Positions 10,808 to 21,774 of a stretch of 64,000 nucleotides of DNA are shown piece after piece. Below the pieces are notes generated by a model. The model saw only the letters and a list, made by a program, of their open reading frames with translations. It was not told where the DNA came from and did no database searches. The stretch lies in the NCBI GenBank assembly GCA_023150295.1, contig JAKLLE010000007.1, forward strand, positions 14,460 through 78,459, given 5' to 3'. Position 1 is the first letter of the stretch; each line of letters begins with the position of its first letter. This stretch comes from Giesbergeria sp. Its GTDB lineage: Bacteria > Pseudomonadota > Gammaproteobacteria > Burkholderiales > Burkholderiaceae_C. The translations under genes were made by a program, and so were the position numbers.

Positions 10808-11917
10808 TCAACAGCATGCATCGATGACATCGCGCACCAAGGCATCCGGTGCCGCACGCAGCACCGCCTTGCCCGGCCCATCGATCAGCACAAAGCGGAT
10901 CTCGCCAGATTCCGCCTTCTTGTCCACACGCATGAGTTCCAGGTAGCGGCCCGCATTGTCAGCAGCGTCCAGTACCGGCGCCTTCACCGGCAAGCCCGCA
11001 CGCGCGATCAGGGAGCGAAGACGCTGCACAAACGCCTGATCCACCAGACCCATGCGCATGGACAACTCGGCCGCCATGACCATGCCCGCGCCCACCGCCT
11101 CACCGTGCAGCCAGACACCGTATCCCATGCCTGCCTCGATGGCGTGGCCAAAGGTGTGGCCAAAGTTGAGAATGGCACGCAAGCCCGATTCGCGCTCATC
11201 CTGCCCCACCACCCAGGCCTTGATTTCACAGCTGCGTCGCACCGCATGGGCAAGCGCTGCGCGATCCCGCGCACGCAATGCCTCCATCGCGCCCTCCTGC
11301 CAGGCCATGAATTCCATGTCGGCAATCGGACCGTACTTGATGACCTCCGCCAAACCGGCTGACAGCTCACGTTCGGGCAAGGTATCCAGCGTCGCCAAAT
11401 CACACACGACCAGGCGCGGCTGGTAGAACGCACCAATCATGTTCTTTCCCAGCGGGTGGTTGATGCCGGTTTTGCCACCCACCGACGAATCCACCTGCGC
11501 CAGCAACGTGGTCGGCACCTGCACAAACGGTACGCCACGCATATAACTGGCGGCGGCAAACCCTGTCATATCACCCACCACCCCGCCACCCAAGGCAAAC
11601 AGCACCGTTTTCCGGTCACATCCATGCTGCAGCAAGGCGTCAAAGATGAGGTTCAGGGTTTGCCAGTTTTTGTGCTCTTCTCCGTCAGGAAGTTCAAGGG
11701 TATGAACAACGGAATAGCGATGCTTCAAGGTATTCACCAACCGCTCCCCATACAGCGGACCTACCGTTTGGTTGGTGACCACAAGCGCCTGGGCTGACGC
11801 GGGCAATGCCGGATGCTCGTGGACAGCATCCATGGCATCGCCTCGCACAAGAATTTCATAGCTTCTCTCTGCGAGATCTATGACCAGCTTTTCATCGGAT
11901 GGGGTGGAACAGTGCAT
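10808..11917 (-). CDS. aroB: 3-dehydroquinate synthase
   Basis: [55 protein letters not shown]. Start is 11917 (ATG) or 11929 (TTG). Confidence 0.96.
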   Translation of the reverse strand: MHCSTPSDEKLVIDLAERSYEILVRGDAMDAVHEHPALPASAQALVVTNQTVGPLYGERLVNTLKHRYSVVHTLELPDGEEHKNWQTLNLIFDALLQHGCDRKTVLFALGGGVVGDMTGFAAASYMRGVPFVQVPTTLLAQVDSSVGGKTGINHPLGKNMIGAFYQPRLVVCDLATLDTLPERELSAGLAEVIKYGPIADMEFMAWQEGAMEALRARDRAALAHAVRRSCEIKAWVVGQDERESGLRAILNFGHTFGHAIEAGMGYGVWLHGEAVGAGMVMAAELSMRMGLVDQAFVQRLRSLIARAGLPVKAPVLDAADNAGRYLELMRVDKKAESGEIRFVLIDGPGKAVLRAAPDALVRDVIDACC

Positions 11918-11946
11918 GACCTTCGACAAGCAAATCTAAAGGCAGA

Positions 11947-11985
11947 GAAAACAAAACAGCCCCTCGGAGTGTATCCAAGGGGCTG
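11947..11985 (-). terminator. Intrinsic terminator downstream of pilMNOPQ and the Ig gene
   Basis: Minus strand CAGCCCCT...AGGGGCTG stem (11957-11985) followed by TTTTGTTTT. Confidence 0.7.
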
Positions 11986-12068
11986 AAGATCTCTGCTGAA
12001 CAGGTCGGATTTAGTGAAGATTCAGCACCCACCCGACCCAAGACACACAGAACAGAGGATCACATCGG

Positions 12069-13499
12069 TCAACTGACAACGATTTGAACCTGTCGACTCA
12101 CTTTCAGGCTTCCACGCGTCGCGGTCAAAATAAATGTGTAAGTGCCTGGAGGTGGTAACGGTGTGCCGGAAATGGTTCCGTTCGCATCCATGGTCAGACC
12201 GCTTGGCAGATTACCGGTGATTGTCCATACCACCGGCACCGACGGATCACCTATCGAGAAGGACAGAGTATAGGAATAGACCTCGCCAACTTTTGCCGCA
12301 GGCAGGGAACATGGCGCACTCACGTCGCTCGTGCAACCATCAATCGCCAATTCGCCCTCAACCATGATTGTGATGTTTTTGGTCACCGGGCCCACCTCAT
12401 CATTGACGGTGACCACCACCTTGTACGAGCCCTTGGGAGCAGTAGGTGTCCCAGAGATCACACCATCAGCACTCAATGTCAAACCTGTAGGCAACCCACT
12501 TGCTGACCATGTGTAGGGTGGAACGCCCCCTTGTGCTGTCAGCGCATAGGAGAACGGCAAACCGTTGGTGACAGTAATTTCCGAATCAGAGATCGCCAAT
12601 GGGGCAGTGCGCACTGCTTTGTGCACGCTGACAGCCATCAGTTGCATGACCGCATCCTGAATACCGTTGGACACATTGTTGTCCAATCGATCCGTCGTCA
12701 ACTCCAGCAGGATAACACCCGCGCTCGGACCAGCGGACAGTGAGAACTGTCCCTCGCCACCGATGGTCTTGACCTGCACCGACGTCCCAGACTGGCTACC
12801 CGCCAAAAGTCGAGCACCTGCCGAGGCACCGAAGGGGCGAATGTTGACTTGCAAATTGGCAGCGGACGGCGCAGGAACCGGCTGGTTGGCATCGTCCATG
12901 ATCAGCGCACTGATGGCGACGTTGTTGCGCAGATTTTGAGTGTTAGTGCTGGTTCCGAGATACCCCGGAGCCTGAGCCGTGGCGAGCACGTTGGCAGGCT
13001 GACCTGTTTGGGCTCCAACGACAATATCCACGCTTGCACTGGAAACCTGCTTGTCTGCAGGGTTGGTCACAGAGCAGGTGATGCGCGCCGTACCGGCTTT
13101 GTCGCCCGCATGGAAATGGAATGAGGCCGCGCCCGAATTGGCGTCCAAGGTGATGGAACGGAACGCAGCCGGATTGCCGTCTTCGTCCTCGTGCTCGTCA
13201 TCCAAGTAATAAAGTGCACCAGAATCCAATCCTTGAACGATCATGCATCCAAAGATATCTTCTCCCCCCTGGATGGGTGCACTGCCTTCACGCGCCTCAA
13301 CATACAGTGTGGTGGTATACCGTGCGTAGGCGCCAATGCTCACCCGCTCATTCACCAGGTTGATGGGCAATTGGGGTTTTGCCGCCGTGACTTTGATGGT
13401 GTAGGGCAAATTGGTATCGCCTGAACTACCACCACCACCACCACAGGCCGCAACTGCCGTCACTACCGACAGCGCCAGAAATTTGAATAATTTCCGCAT
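12069..13499 (-). CDS. Putative Ig-domain (He_PIG-like) lipoprotein
   Basis: Lipoprotein signal MRKLFKFLALSVVTAVAA|CGGGGG; two C-terminal repeats of the ...YTW...GLPTGLTL...GVISGTP... putative-Ig pattern. Confidence 0.75.
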   Translation of the reverse strand: MRKLFKFLALSVVTAVAACGGGGGSSGDTNLPYTIKVTAAKPQLPINLVNERVSIGAYARYTTTLYVEAREGSAPIQGGEDIFGCMIVQGLDSGALYYLDDEHEDEDGNPAAFRSITLDANSGAASFHFHAGDKAGTARITCSVTNPADKQVSSASVDIVVGAQTGQPANVLATAQAPGYLGTSTNTQNLRNNVAISALIMDDANQPVPAPSAANLQVNIRPFGASAGARLLAGSQSGTSVQVKTIGGEGQFSLSAGPSAGVILLELTTDRLDNNVSNGIQDAVMQLMAVSVHKAVRTAPLAISDSEITVTNGLPFSYALTAQGGVPPYTWSASGLPTGLTLSADGVISGTPTAPKGSYKVVVTVNDEVGPVTKNITIMVEGELAIDGCTSDVSAPCSLPAAKVGEVYSYTLSFSIGDPSVPVVWTITGNLPSGLTMDANGTISGTPLPPPGTYTFILTATRGSLKVSRQVQIVVS

Positions 13500-13524
13500 T
13501 TTCTTTCCTATCACAGTTAAACCA

Positions 13525-15660
13525 TCAACGCACCGAAACGCGGTCCGTGATTACCTTGGGAGTGATGAAAACCAGCATCTCCCGCTTTTTGCTCTCTTTG
13601 TTGGAGGTTTTGAAGAGATTTCCTACCACCGGCACATCGCCGAGGAAAGGAATCTTGGTATCCCCATCGGTCTCTTCAATTTCGAATATGCCACCAATCA
13701 CCACCGTTCCACCATTTTCAACCAAGACTTGCGTCTTAACGCGCTTGGTATTGATGGCACGGACGTTTTGCAGGATTTCACCAGGACTGTCTTTGTTGAC
13801 CGTCAGATCCATGATGATGTTGCCCTCGGGGGTGATTTGCGGAAGCACTTCCAGCTTCAGCACCGCCTTTTTGAAGGCAATGACCGTCGCACCGTTCGGC
13901 GCAGTCACGGGGTACGGAAACTCGGTACCCTGCTCAATTTCAGCCTTGGTCTGGTCGGCAGTCACCACCCGTGGACTGGAAACAACCTTGCCCTTTCCAT
14001 CGGCTTCGAGCGCAGAAATCTCCAGGTTGAGAAAACGATTCGCCGCCGAATTGAAAATGGAAATTGCAAAACTTCCAGGATCGTAGCCTCCAATGGCCTG
14101 CGCGGGCAGATTGACAAAGTTACCAAGTGTGTTGGTCAAGCCGCCGGCGCCCGTAGAAGCAACTGCGTTGCTGTACCCCGTTCCGAACGCCACCCGGTTG
14201 TCACCACTGAGCGCATAGCCACCCGTTCCGCCGCGGTTGGCACGCAAATCAGTAGCACCAAGGCGCACGCCCAGCGACCGGCCAAAGGTATCGGACGCTT
14301 CGACAATTCGCGCCTCAATCATCACCTGACGCACAGGAACATCCAAGGACGCAAGCAACTGACGCACCTCTTCAAGCTTGGTGGGGGTGTCGGTCACAAA
14401 GATCTGGTTGGTACGTGGCTCGGCAATGGCAGTACCACGCTCAGACAGAAAGCGGTTGCTGGTGCTTCCAGAGCTGCCGCTGGTGGTCGTGAGTTGGGTC
14501 ACCATGTCCACGGCCTTGGCGTAATTCAACTGAAAGGCCTGGGTACGCAGGGGTTCGAGCTTCAGAATGGTCTGCGCTGCCTCGAAATCCTTCTTCATCC
14601 GCTCATCAATTTCATCCTTCGGCGCGATCCAGAGCACGTTGCCTGTCTTGCGCATGCCCAAGCCCTTGGCTTCCATGATGATCTGGAGGGCGTGATCCCA
14701 GGGAACATCCTGCAATCGAAGCGTCATCGCCCCGGTCACCGTGTCGGACGTCACAATGTTGATGTTGGTGAAGTCTGCAAACACCGCCAGCAAGGAGCGC
14801 AGGTCGATGTTCTGGAAGTTGAGCGACAGCTTTTCGGTGCTGTAACCCGGGCCTTGGGTGAGCTTGTTCAGATCCACTTTCTTCTGGCGCACCTCAACCA
14901 CGAACTGGTTGTCACTTTGGTAGGCACTGTGCTCCCATTCGCCCACCGGCTCAATGACCATACGAACCTTGTCACCCTGCTGGGTGGTGGTCACGGATTG
15001 CACGGGCGTACCGAAATCGGCGACATCCAACCTGCGGCGCAACCCTTCAGGCAAAGAGGAACGGATGAACTCCACCGTCAGTCCCTTGCCCAGCTGGCGC
15101 AAATCCACACCGACCTGGTTGCTGGCCAAACCGATGACAATCCGTCCGGCACCGTCCGCGCCCCTGCGGAAATCGACATCCTTGATGGGCAGGACGTCCG
15201 AATGACCACTTTCGGCAAAAACCGCTGCCTGCGGCGCCTGGGCTGCTGCCACTGCGGCAACCGGATCCAACTGGATCAGTACCGCCTTGCCCTGCAACTC
15301 TGCACGGTAGCTGGTGGGTTGTTTCAGGTTCAAAACGACTCTGGAACGGCCGCCCGCTTCCACGACGTTGACCGACTTCAGGTTGCCTTGATTGACCTCG
15401 ATCGCCGAACGGCCCATGGCGTTGGTAGATCCCGGAAAATCCAAGGCAATGCGCGCTGGTGACTGCGTGGCAAACCCGTTGGGCACGGCGGCCAAGGGCT
15501 CCGACAGATCGATGCGCACCACCTCGGCACCCCCCTGAAGGGACCCCGTGACTGCTTCAATCGCTGCCTGCGCCCAAGTGGCCGTGGAACACAGTGCGGC
15601 AGCGGTCGCCAAGACGCCGTGCTGCATCCATTTCATCATTGAGGTTCGTTGGTGTTTCAT
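13525..15660 (-). CDS. pilQ: Type IV pilus secretin
   Basis: AMIN-like N-terminus, LSLNFQNID, VPVRQVMIEARIV, VLIENGGTVVIGG-like segment, IPFLGDVPVVGNLF secretin motif. Confidence 0.96.
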   Translation of the reverse strand: MKHQRTSMMKWMQHGVLATAAALCSTATWAQAAIEAVTGSLQGGAEVVRIDLSEPLAAVPNGFATQSPARIALDFPGSTNAMGRSAIEVNQGNLKSVNVVEAGGRSRVVLNLKQPTSYRAELQGKAVLIQLDPVAAVAAAQAPQAAVFAESGHSDVLPIKDVDFRRGADGAGRIVIGLASNQVGVDLRQLGKGLTVEFIRSSLPEGLRRRLDVADFGTPVQSVTTTQQGDKVRMVIEPVGEWEHSAYQSDNQFVVEVRQKKVDLNKLTQGPGYSTEKLSLNFQNIDLRSLLAVFADFTNINIVTSDTVTGAMTLRLQDVPWDHALQIIMEAKGLGMRKTGNVLWIAPKDEIDERMKKDFEAAQTILKLEPLRTQAFQLNYAKAVDMVTQLTTTSGSSGSTSNRFLSERGTAIAEPRTNQIFVTDTPTKLEEVRQLLASLDVPVRQVMIEARIVEASDTFGRSLGVRLGATDLRANRGGTGGYALSGDNRVAFGTGYSNAVASTGAGGLTNTLGNFVNLPAQAIGGYDPGSFAISIFNSAANRFLNLEISALEADGKGKVVSSPRVVTADQTKAEIEQGTEFPYPVTAPNGATVIAFKKAVLKLEVLPQITPEGNIIMDLTVNKDSPGEILQNVRAINTKRVKTQVLVENGGTVVIGGIFEIEETDGDTKIPFLGDVPVVGNLFKTSNKESKKREMLVFITPKVITDRVSVR

Positions 15661-16202
15661 TTCTTCGCCTCCTCCTGCAACTCGAGCGTAGTGGTGCGTT
15701 CTATCCAGTCCCCTGCCGGGTCCTGCACTATTTCGCGCAGTTGGATGGATGTCTCATTGATGGCGACAATTCGCCCGTAATTCTGACCCAGGTAGTTGCC
15801 TGCCTGTACTTGGTAGAGCAGTTTGTCGACCTTCAGGAGAGCCGTCGGTTTGCCCTGCTTGTTGAGGCTGCCCACCATGGCAACGGCATCCAGCGGAAAA
15901 ACCTCCAGCGGCTCTTTTCTACGCGCCAGTTCAGGCGCGATGAGTGCCGCATTGGAAGCCATCTGTGCGGACTCCCGGCGCAATGCCTGGGTGAGCTTCA
16001 TTGGATCGAACGGATCGATCTCCGAGTTCACCTCATAGCCGACTGGCTGAAACTGCTTGGGCTCCGTCAACGGTGTGACACGGGGCCTTGCCTGGGCACG
16101 CTCACTGGCCATCCAGTCACGCAACACGCTTTCATCCGACGAGGTGCAACCAACCAGGGAAATCAAAGCCAAAGAGACCGCTGCGATCCGAGGTGATGTC
16201 AT
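15657..16202 (-). CDS. pilP: Type IV pilus lipoprotein
   Basis: Lipobox LVGC, RRKEPLEVFPLD..MVGSL, GNYLGQNYGRI; ATGA overlap with pilQ. Confidence 0.94.
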   Translation of the reverse strand: MTSPRIAAVSLALISLVGCTSSDESVLRDWMASERAQARPRVTPLTEPKQFQPVGYEVNSEIDPFDPMKLTQALRRESAQMASNAALIAPELARRKEPLEVFPLDAVAMVGSLNKQGKPTALLKVDKLLYQVQAGNYLGQNYGRIVAINETSIQLREIVQDPAGDWIERTTTLELQEEAKK

Positions 16203-16894
16203 TTCTTGGCCCCTTTCGGATCCTTCGCTGCAGCACGCTGGGCCTGTACTTCTTCGTTGTCCAGATACCTGAACGTACGCGCCGTCGCATCCATGATCAG
16301 ACTGCCGGAGAATTTCTCCTTGTCCTTGGCTGGGACGCTGATCGCCACATCGTTGAGCGTCACGATCCGCGAGAGATGCGCAACATCGGATGCGAACGCC
16401 CCCATGTCGTGGTAGCGTCCAGTGACACGGATGGCAATGGGCAGCTCTGCATAGTATTCACGCACGACAACCTGCCCTGGCTTGAAACGATCAAACTGCA
16501 GGCTCCTCCCCAGGCCCGCCTGGTTGATGTCCGAAAGCAGTGCAGACATCTCCGCCTTGCTGGGCAATTGCTTCTCCATCTGCAACACGTACTGCTGAAC
16601 CTGCTCACGCTGCTTCTTGAGCAACTCCAGGCTGACCGCTTTTTGCAGTTTCTTCTTGTAATCCTCTCGCAGGCTGACTTCCTTGGCACGCTCGGTTTCC
16701 AACTCCGCCTGGTAATCGGTCAGTTTGACGTACCACAGTGCCACAGCCACAGCGGCTGCAATGAAGATGCACAGCAAGACGCGTGGCAGGATGGGCCACA
16801 GCGAGGGATCTTTGGTATCCAGATTGGTGAACTGGCGCTGCAACTGCTCCTGCAGTTGCGCCATGTCGATCTTGGGCGTTTTCGTCTTGGCCAT
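16199..16894 (-). CDS. pilO: Type IV pilus alignment protein
   Basis: One TM helix, coiled coil, QLPSKAEM..LLSDINQAG, YYAELPI. Confidence 0.94.
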   Translation of the reverse strand: MAKTKTPKIDMAQLQEQLQRQFTNLDTKDPSLWPILPRVLLCIFIAAAVAVALWYVKLTDYQAELETERAKEVSLREDYKKKLQKAVSLELLKKQREQVQQYVLQMEKQLPSKAEMSALLSDINQAGLGRSLQFDRFKPGQVVVREYYAELPIAIRVTGRYHDMGAFASDVAHLSRIVTLNDVAISVPAKDKEKFSGSLIMDATARTFRYLDNEEVQAQRAAAKDPKGAKK

Positions 16895-16897
16895 CGC

Positions 16898-17503
16898 TTA
16901 CTTCCCTGCCGCGCTGGCGGTTTCCATCGCCTTCTTGGCCTCGCTGGAGCGAACCAATTGAAAGCGCAGATTGAATTCAGAGGCCCGGCGCAAGTCCCGT
17001 GGGGACAGCGCCACGTTCTTGGCAACGATCTCCACGAGTTCCGGCTTGGACAACCAAGGGGTATTGCTGGACAAGTTGCGCAGCAATTCCGACACCCGCT
17101 CGTTGGACTGCGCCATGCCTTTCATCTCGACCGTCTGGTTGGTCTGTTTGAGCATGGTGATGTACACGCCGTCCGGAAGCTGCTCGACCAATTCGCTCAG
17201 CAAATGCACGGGCAGATTGCGATCCGACTGCAAGTCTTCCACCGCTTTCTGCCGCGCACGCAAAGACGCGATTTCCTCTTCAATGGTGGCAATTTCCTTG
17301 ATCTGGCCCTCAAGCACCGTGATTTCACTCTGCAGAAAACTGTTACTAGCCTGCTGACCCTCGATCATCATCTGGAACCACCAGTAAATGCCGCCAGCAA
17401 TGAGCATGCCTGCCAAGGCTGCGCCCAGCATGGCGGCCTGGTATGTTTCACGCCGACGCTTGCGTGCGGCCTCCCTGTGGGGAAGAAGGTTGATAAGAAT
17501 CAC
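16898..17503 (-). CDS. pilN: Type IV pilus alignment protein
   Basis: INLLP N-terminal motif, TM helix, GTGA overlap with pilM. Confidence 0.94.
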   Translation of the reverse strand: MILINLLPHREAARKRRRETYQAAMLGAALAGMLIAGGIYWWFQMMIEGQQASNSFLQSEITVLEGQIKEIATIEEEIASLRARQKAVEDLQSDRNLPVHLLSELVEQLPDGVYITMLKQTNQTVEMKGMAQSNERVSELLRNLSSNTPWLSKPELVEIVAKNVALSPRDLRRASEFNLRFQLVRSSEAKKAMETASAAGK

Positions 17504-18579
17504 TGCATGAACCTCCGCATGGCCAAGCCGCAGGACGTCAGGTAGGACGGCGCCTCACGCACCATTTTTTTCATCCGGACGGAACTCCCCATCTCCATGC
17601 CGTCAAAAGGATTGACAACAGAGCATGGAAAACCAGTGTGCTGCGTGACCGACTCGGTCAAACCTTGCAACGGCGCGGAACCGCCCGCCAGCATGATGTG
17701 ATCGACACGGTTGTGCGGGGTGCTGGTAAAGAAAAACTGCAAGGCCCTGCCGATTTCCTGGGAAAGACTCTCCACAAATGGACGAAGCACTGCACTGGCG
17801 TAGTCATCTGGCAGGTCGCCATTGCGCTTTTTGCTTTCCGCCTCTTCGGGCGAAAAGCCGTACTGACGAACAATCAGTTGCGTCAGCTGCGCACCACCAA
17901 AAGCCTGGTCTCGGTCATACAACACTTCATCGTTGCGAATGACCTGCATGCTCGTGGTCAAGGCTCCCATCTCAAACAAGGCCACCATGGTGTCCACACC
18001 CTTGTTGGGCAGCCCCTCGATCAACCGACTGGTCGCCAGCCGGGAAGCGTAGGACTCCACGTCGATGATGACCGCCTTGAGCCCCGCAGCCTCCGCCAGG
18101 CCCTGCCGATCCTGCACCTTTTCGCGGCGAGATGCTGCAATCAGCACATCCACATCCCCTGGAGAGCTCTTGCACGGCCCGATCACGCAAAAGTCCAAGC
18201 TGACCTCGTCCAGTGAAAAAGGGATGTACTGGTTGGCCTCGGATTCCACCTGAACCTCAAGCTCCTGATCGTTCATGCCCGCAGGCAACACGATCTTCTT
18301 GGTGATCACCGCCGAAGGAGGCAGGGCCATGGCCACATTTTTGGTCTTGGCGCCGCTCTTCTTGACGACGCGACGCACGGCATCGGCCACCTCATCGAAT
18401 TTCTCGATGTTGCCATCCGTGATCCAACCGCGCTCCAGCGGCTCAATGGCGCAACGCTCCAACACCAGCGCCCCCGCCTTGTCACGCCCAAGCTCAACCA
18501 GTTTGACACTAGAGGAACTGATGTCGATTCCCAGCAGCGGCGCAGGCTGGCGACTGAACAAAGATCCCGTGGAGATCAA
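17500..18579 (-). CDS. pilM: Type IV pilus assembly actin-like protein
   Basis: LLGIDISSSSVKLVEL, IMLAGGSA, CGLAMR. A TTG start at 18579 follows a G-rich SD. Confidence 0.94.
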   Translation of the reverse strand: MISTGSLFSRQPAPLLGIDISSSSVKLVELGRDKAGALVLERCAIEPLERGWITDGNIEKFDEVADAVRRVVKKSGAKTKNVAMALPPSAVITKKIVLPAGMNDQELEVQVESEANQYIPFSLDEVSLDFCVIGPCKSSPGDVDVLIAASRREKVQDRQGLAEAAGLKAVIIDVESYASRLATSRLIEGLPNKGVDTMVALFEMGALTTSMQVIRNDEVLYDRDQAFGGAQLTQLIVRQYGFSPEEAESKKRNGDLPDDYASAVLRPFVESLSQEIGRALQFFFTSTPHNRVDHIMLAGGSAPLQGLTESVTQHTGFPCSVVNPFDGMEMGSSVRMKKMVREAPSYLTSCGLAMRRFMQ

Positions 18580-18846
18580 GATAGCCCCCTGAAAATTGTC
18601 ATCCTGACACAACAAAACTTAACATTTCACATGAATGCTATCAGTAAGATACTTCTCCAGCAAAGGCTTTTCCGGCTTTGGTCTCCTTTGAACGTTGTCA
18701 AAAGCAGACGTTTGCAAGGCCGCTTGGTCGTTGAGGGCATCCACTTGTCGCGACTTCGTCGGTATTGATTACCCTCACCCATCCAGCACGCCATTTCTGA
18801 ACAGTGTCCATTTTTATAATGGGCAGCTTTGCCATTTCGGAGCGTT

Positions 18847-21225
18847 ATGCCGCCGTCTGCCTCGTCCAAGTCGCCCGACCCCACCCCCTCCTCAACGCGC
18901 CCCCGCTGGCTGCGCTGGCTGCTGCGCCTGTTGGCGTGGTCGGTCGGGCTGGCGGTGGCAGGTGCCGTGGCCGTGGTTCTGGGCATTGCCATCGCGCTGG
19001 CCATGGCTTACCCCAACCTGCCCGACATCTCGGATCTGGCGGACTACCGCCCCAAGCTGCCCATGCGGGTGTATTCCGCGGAGGGCGCGCTACTGGGCGA
19101 GTTTGGAGAAGAGCGCCGCAACCTGACACCCATCGCCGAAATCCCCAAGGTGATGAAGGATGCCGTGTTGGCGATTGAAGACGCCCGCTTCTTCCAGCAC
19201 GGTGGCGTGGACTACAAGGGCATGCTGCGCGCCGTACTGGCCAATCTGGGCAAGATGAAAAGCCAGGGGGCTTCCACCATCACCATGCAGGTGGCGCGCA
19301 ATGTGTACCTCTCCTCCGAGAAAACAATTACACGCAAAATTTACGAAATATTACTAACCTTCAAGTTGGAGCATTTTCTGACCAAGGATCAGATTCTTGA
19401 GATTTACATGAATCAGATCTTTCTCGGTAATCGGGCCTATGGATTTGCCGCTGCTTCGGAGGTCTATTTTGGCAAGCCCCTCAAATCCATCTCGATTGCC
19501 GAGGCAGCCATGCTTGCCGGGCTGCCCAAGGCGCCTTCTGCCTACAACCCCATCAGCAACTTCAAGCGCGCCCGTGTGCGGCAGCTGCACATCATTGACC
19601 GCATGGAAGAAAACGGCTTCATCACCGCCGACGAAGCCCAGCAAGCCCGGGAAGAGAAACTCAGGATCCGCACGCACTCCGACAGCACGCGCGTGCATGC
19701 TGAGTACGTCGCGGAAATGGCGCGCCAGCTGATCTATGCCCAGTACGGCAACGAGGCCTACACCCGAGGTCTGAATGTCTACACCACCATCAATGCCGGC
19801 GAGCAGGACGCCGCGTACCAAGCCTTGCGCCAGGGCATCATGACCTACGAGCGCAGGCAGCATTACCGGGGGCCGGAAAAGTTCGTCACTCCCCCGGCCA
19901 ACGCCGCCGACCTGGAAGAACACATCGACGACCTGCTGGCCGACCACCCCGACAATGGCGATGTGCTGTCTGCTCTGGTGCTGGAGGCCAATGCCAAAAA
20001 GATTGCCGCCATGCGCCCCAATGGCGACGTGCTGGAAATCACCGGCGAGGGGCTCAAGCCCGTGCAATCCGGGCTCAGCGACAAGGCACCGCCGAACATC
20101 AAGATACGGCGCGGCGCCATCATCCGCGTGGTGCAAACACCCAAGAAAACCTGGGAGGCCACCCAGTTGCCCGAAGTCGAAGGCGCCCTGGTGGCCATCG
20201 ATCCGCGCAACGGTGCCATCCGCTCGCTGGTGGGTGGCTTCGACTTTGACAAGAACAAGTTCAACCATGCCACCCAGGCGTGGCGTCAGCCGGGCTCGAG
20301 CTTCAAACCCTTCATCTATTCCGCCTCCCTGGAGAAGGGTTTCACGCCCGCCACGGTCATCAACGACGCCCCCTTGTTCTTCGACGCCGGCTTCACCGGC
20401 GGAAAGCCCTGGGAGCCCAAGAACTACGACGGAAAATTCGATGGCCCCATGACCATGCGCTCAGCCCTGGCGCGCTCCAAGAACATGGTGTCCATCCGCA
20501 TCCTGCAGGCCGTGGGCGCCCGCAATGGCCAGGAGTGGGCCACGCGCTTTGGCTTTGAGGCGGACAAGCACCCGCCCTTCTTGACCATGGCCCTGGGGGC
20601 TGGCTCGGTCACGCCGATGCAAATGGCGGTGGCCTATTCGGTGTTTGCCAACGGCGGCTACCGCGTGAACCCATGGCTGGTGACGCGGGTGACCGACCAC
20701 AAGGGCAAGGTGCTGACCGAGTTCACGCCGCCCGCAACCGAGGAGCACGAACGCGCCATCGACGCGCGCAACGCCTTTGTGATGAACAGCCTGCTGCAGG
20801 AAGTCACCCGCTCCGGCACCGCCGCGCGCGCGCAGGGCACGCTCAAGCGGCCCGACCTCTATGGAAAGACCGGCACCACCAACGACGCCTGGGACGCCTG
20901 GTTCGCCGGGTTCCAGCCCACGGTGGCCGCCGTGACCTGGATCGGCTACGACACGCCGCGCAACCTGGGAAGCCGCGAAACCGGCGGCGGCCTGAGCCTG
21001 CCGGTCTGGATCAGCTACATGGAGAAGGCCCTCAAAGGCGTGCCGGTGATGGAGCCCACCGTGCCCCCCGGCCTGGTGAACGTGGCGGGCGAGTGGTACT
21101 ACGAAGAGTACGCGCGCAACACCGGCATCTCCAGCCTGGGCCTGGAGGCAAGCGCGCCAGGTGCCGCCGCCCAGCCCCCGGCGCCCGAGGAGCGCAACCA
21201 GATCCTGGATCTGTTCCGCAACTGA
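18847..21225 (+). CDS. mrcA: Penicillin-binding protein 1A
   Basis: Transglycosylase EDARF and GASTITMQ; transpeptidase SSFK, SKN and KTG motifs; divergent from pilM as is typical. Confidence 0.95.
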   Translation: MPPSASSKSPDPTPSSTRPRWLRWLLRLLAWSVGLAVAGAVAVVLGIAIALAMAYPNLPDISDLADYRPKLPMRVYSAEGALLGEFGEERRNLTPIAEIPKVMKDAVLAIEDARFFQHGGVDYKGMLRAVLANLGKMKSQGASTITMQVARNVYLSSEKTITRKIYEILLTFKLEHFLTKDQILEIYMNQIFLGNRAYGFAAASEVYFGKPLKSISIAEAAMLAGLPKAPSAYNPISNFKRARVRQLHIIDRMEENGFITADEAQQAREEKLRIRTHSDSTRVHAEYVAEMARQLIYAQYGNEAYTRGLNVYTTINAGEQDAAYQALRQGIMTYERRQHYRGPEKFVTPPANAADLEEHIDDLLADHPDNGDVLSALVLEANAKKIAAMRPNGDVLEITGEGLKPVQSGLSDKAPPNIKIRRGAIIRVVQTPKKTWEATQLPEVEGALVAIDPRNGAIRSLVGGFDFDKNKFNHATQAWRQPGSSFKPFIYSASLEKGFTPATVINDAPLFFDAGFTGGKPWEPKNYDGKFDGPMTMRSALARSKNMVSIRILQAVGARNGQEWATRFGFEADKHPPFLTMALGAGSVTPMQMAVAYSVFANGGYRVNPWLVTRVTDHKGKVLTEFTPPATEEHERAIDARNAFVMNSLLQEVTRSGTAARAQGTLKRPDLYGKTGTTNDAWDAWFAGFQPTVAAVTWIGYDTPRNLGSRETGGGLSLPVWISYMEKALKGVPVMEPTVPPGLVNVAGEWYYEEYARNTGISSLGLEASAPGAAAQPPAPEERNQILDLFRN

Positions 21226-21252
21226 AACGGCACCGCTCGGCTGGCGTGGGTG

Positions 21253-21585
21253 TCAGGCACTGGCAAAAACCAGCACCTGCCCTGCCTGGGCACTGGCCTC
21301 GCGGCTCAGGCAGGCGAAGAACTCTCCGGCACCCTTGGTATCCAGCCACTGCGTGCCGTCATGGCGGAAGTGGTAGCCTCCCGAGCGCGCGGCCATCCAC
21401 ACCTCGTGCAACGGCTTTTGCAGGTTGACCACGATCTGGCTGCGGTTGGCAAACACCAAGGTAACCATTCCGCCGGTACGCTGGTTATCCACATCGGCAT
21501 CGCTGTCGTCGTTGATGCGGTCGCAGCTGCGCTCCACAGCCTTGAGCAACTGCTCTGCTCGGTCCATGTATTCAAGGTCGGTCAT
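21253..21585 (-). CDS. cyaY: Frataxin-like iron donor
   Basis: MTDLEY..., [23 protein letters not shown]. Confidence 0.93.
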   Translation of the reverse strand: MTDLEYMDRAEQLLKAVERSCDRINDDSDADVDNQRTGGMVTLVFANRSQIVVNLQKPLHEVWMAARSGGYHFRHDGTQWLDTKGAGEFFACLSREASAQAGQVLVFASA

Positions 21586-21597
21586 TACAATTTCTGT

Positions 21598-21774
21598 ATG
21601 TTGAAAGCTCCCCAAATTCTAGTGAGGGCCATTGGCCTTGGTGTCGGCATGGCATGTCTGGCCGCCTGTGGACAACGCGGCCCCCTGTATTTGCCCCAGC
21701 CCCAACCACAGGCCAGCGCCCCGGCACAGCCCGCCCCTTCCCCTGCCTCGACCGCATCCCAATCCACACCATGA
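21598..21774 (+). CDS. Small lipoprotein, LppL/YifL (LptM) family
   Basis: LAA|[10 protein letters not shown] motif plus Pro-rich tail; ATGA overlap with lysA. Confidence 0.8.
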   Translation: MLKAPQILVRAIGLGVGMACLAACGQRGPLYLPQPQPQASAPAQPAPSPASTASQSTP

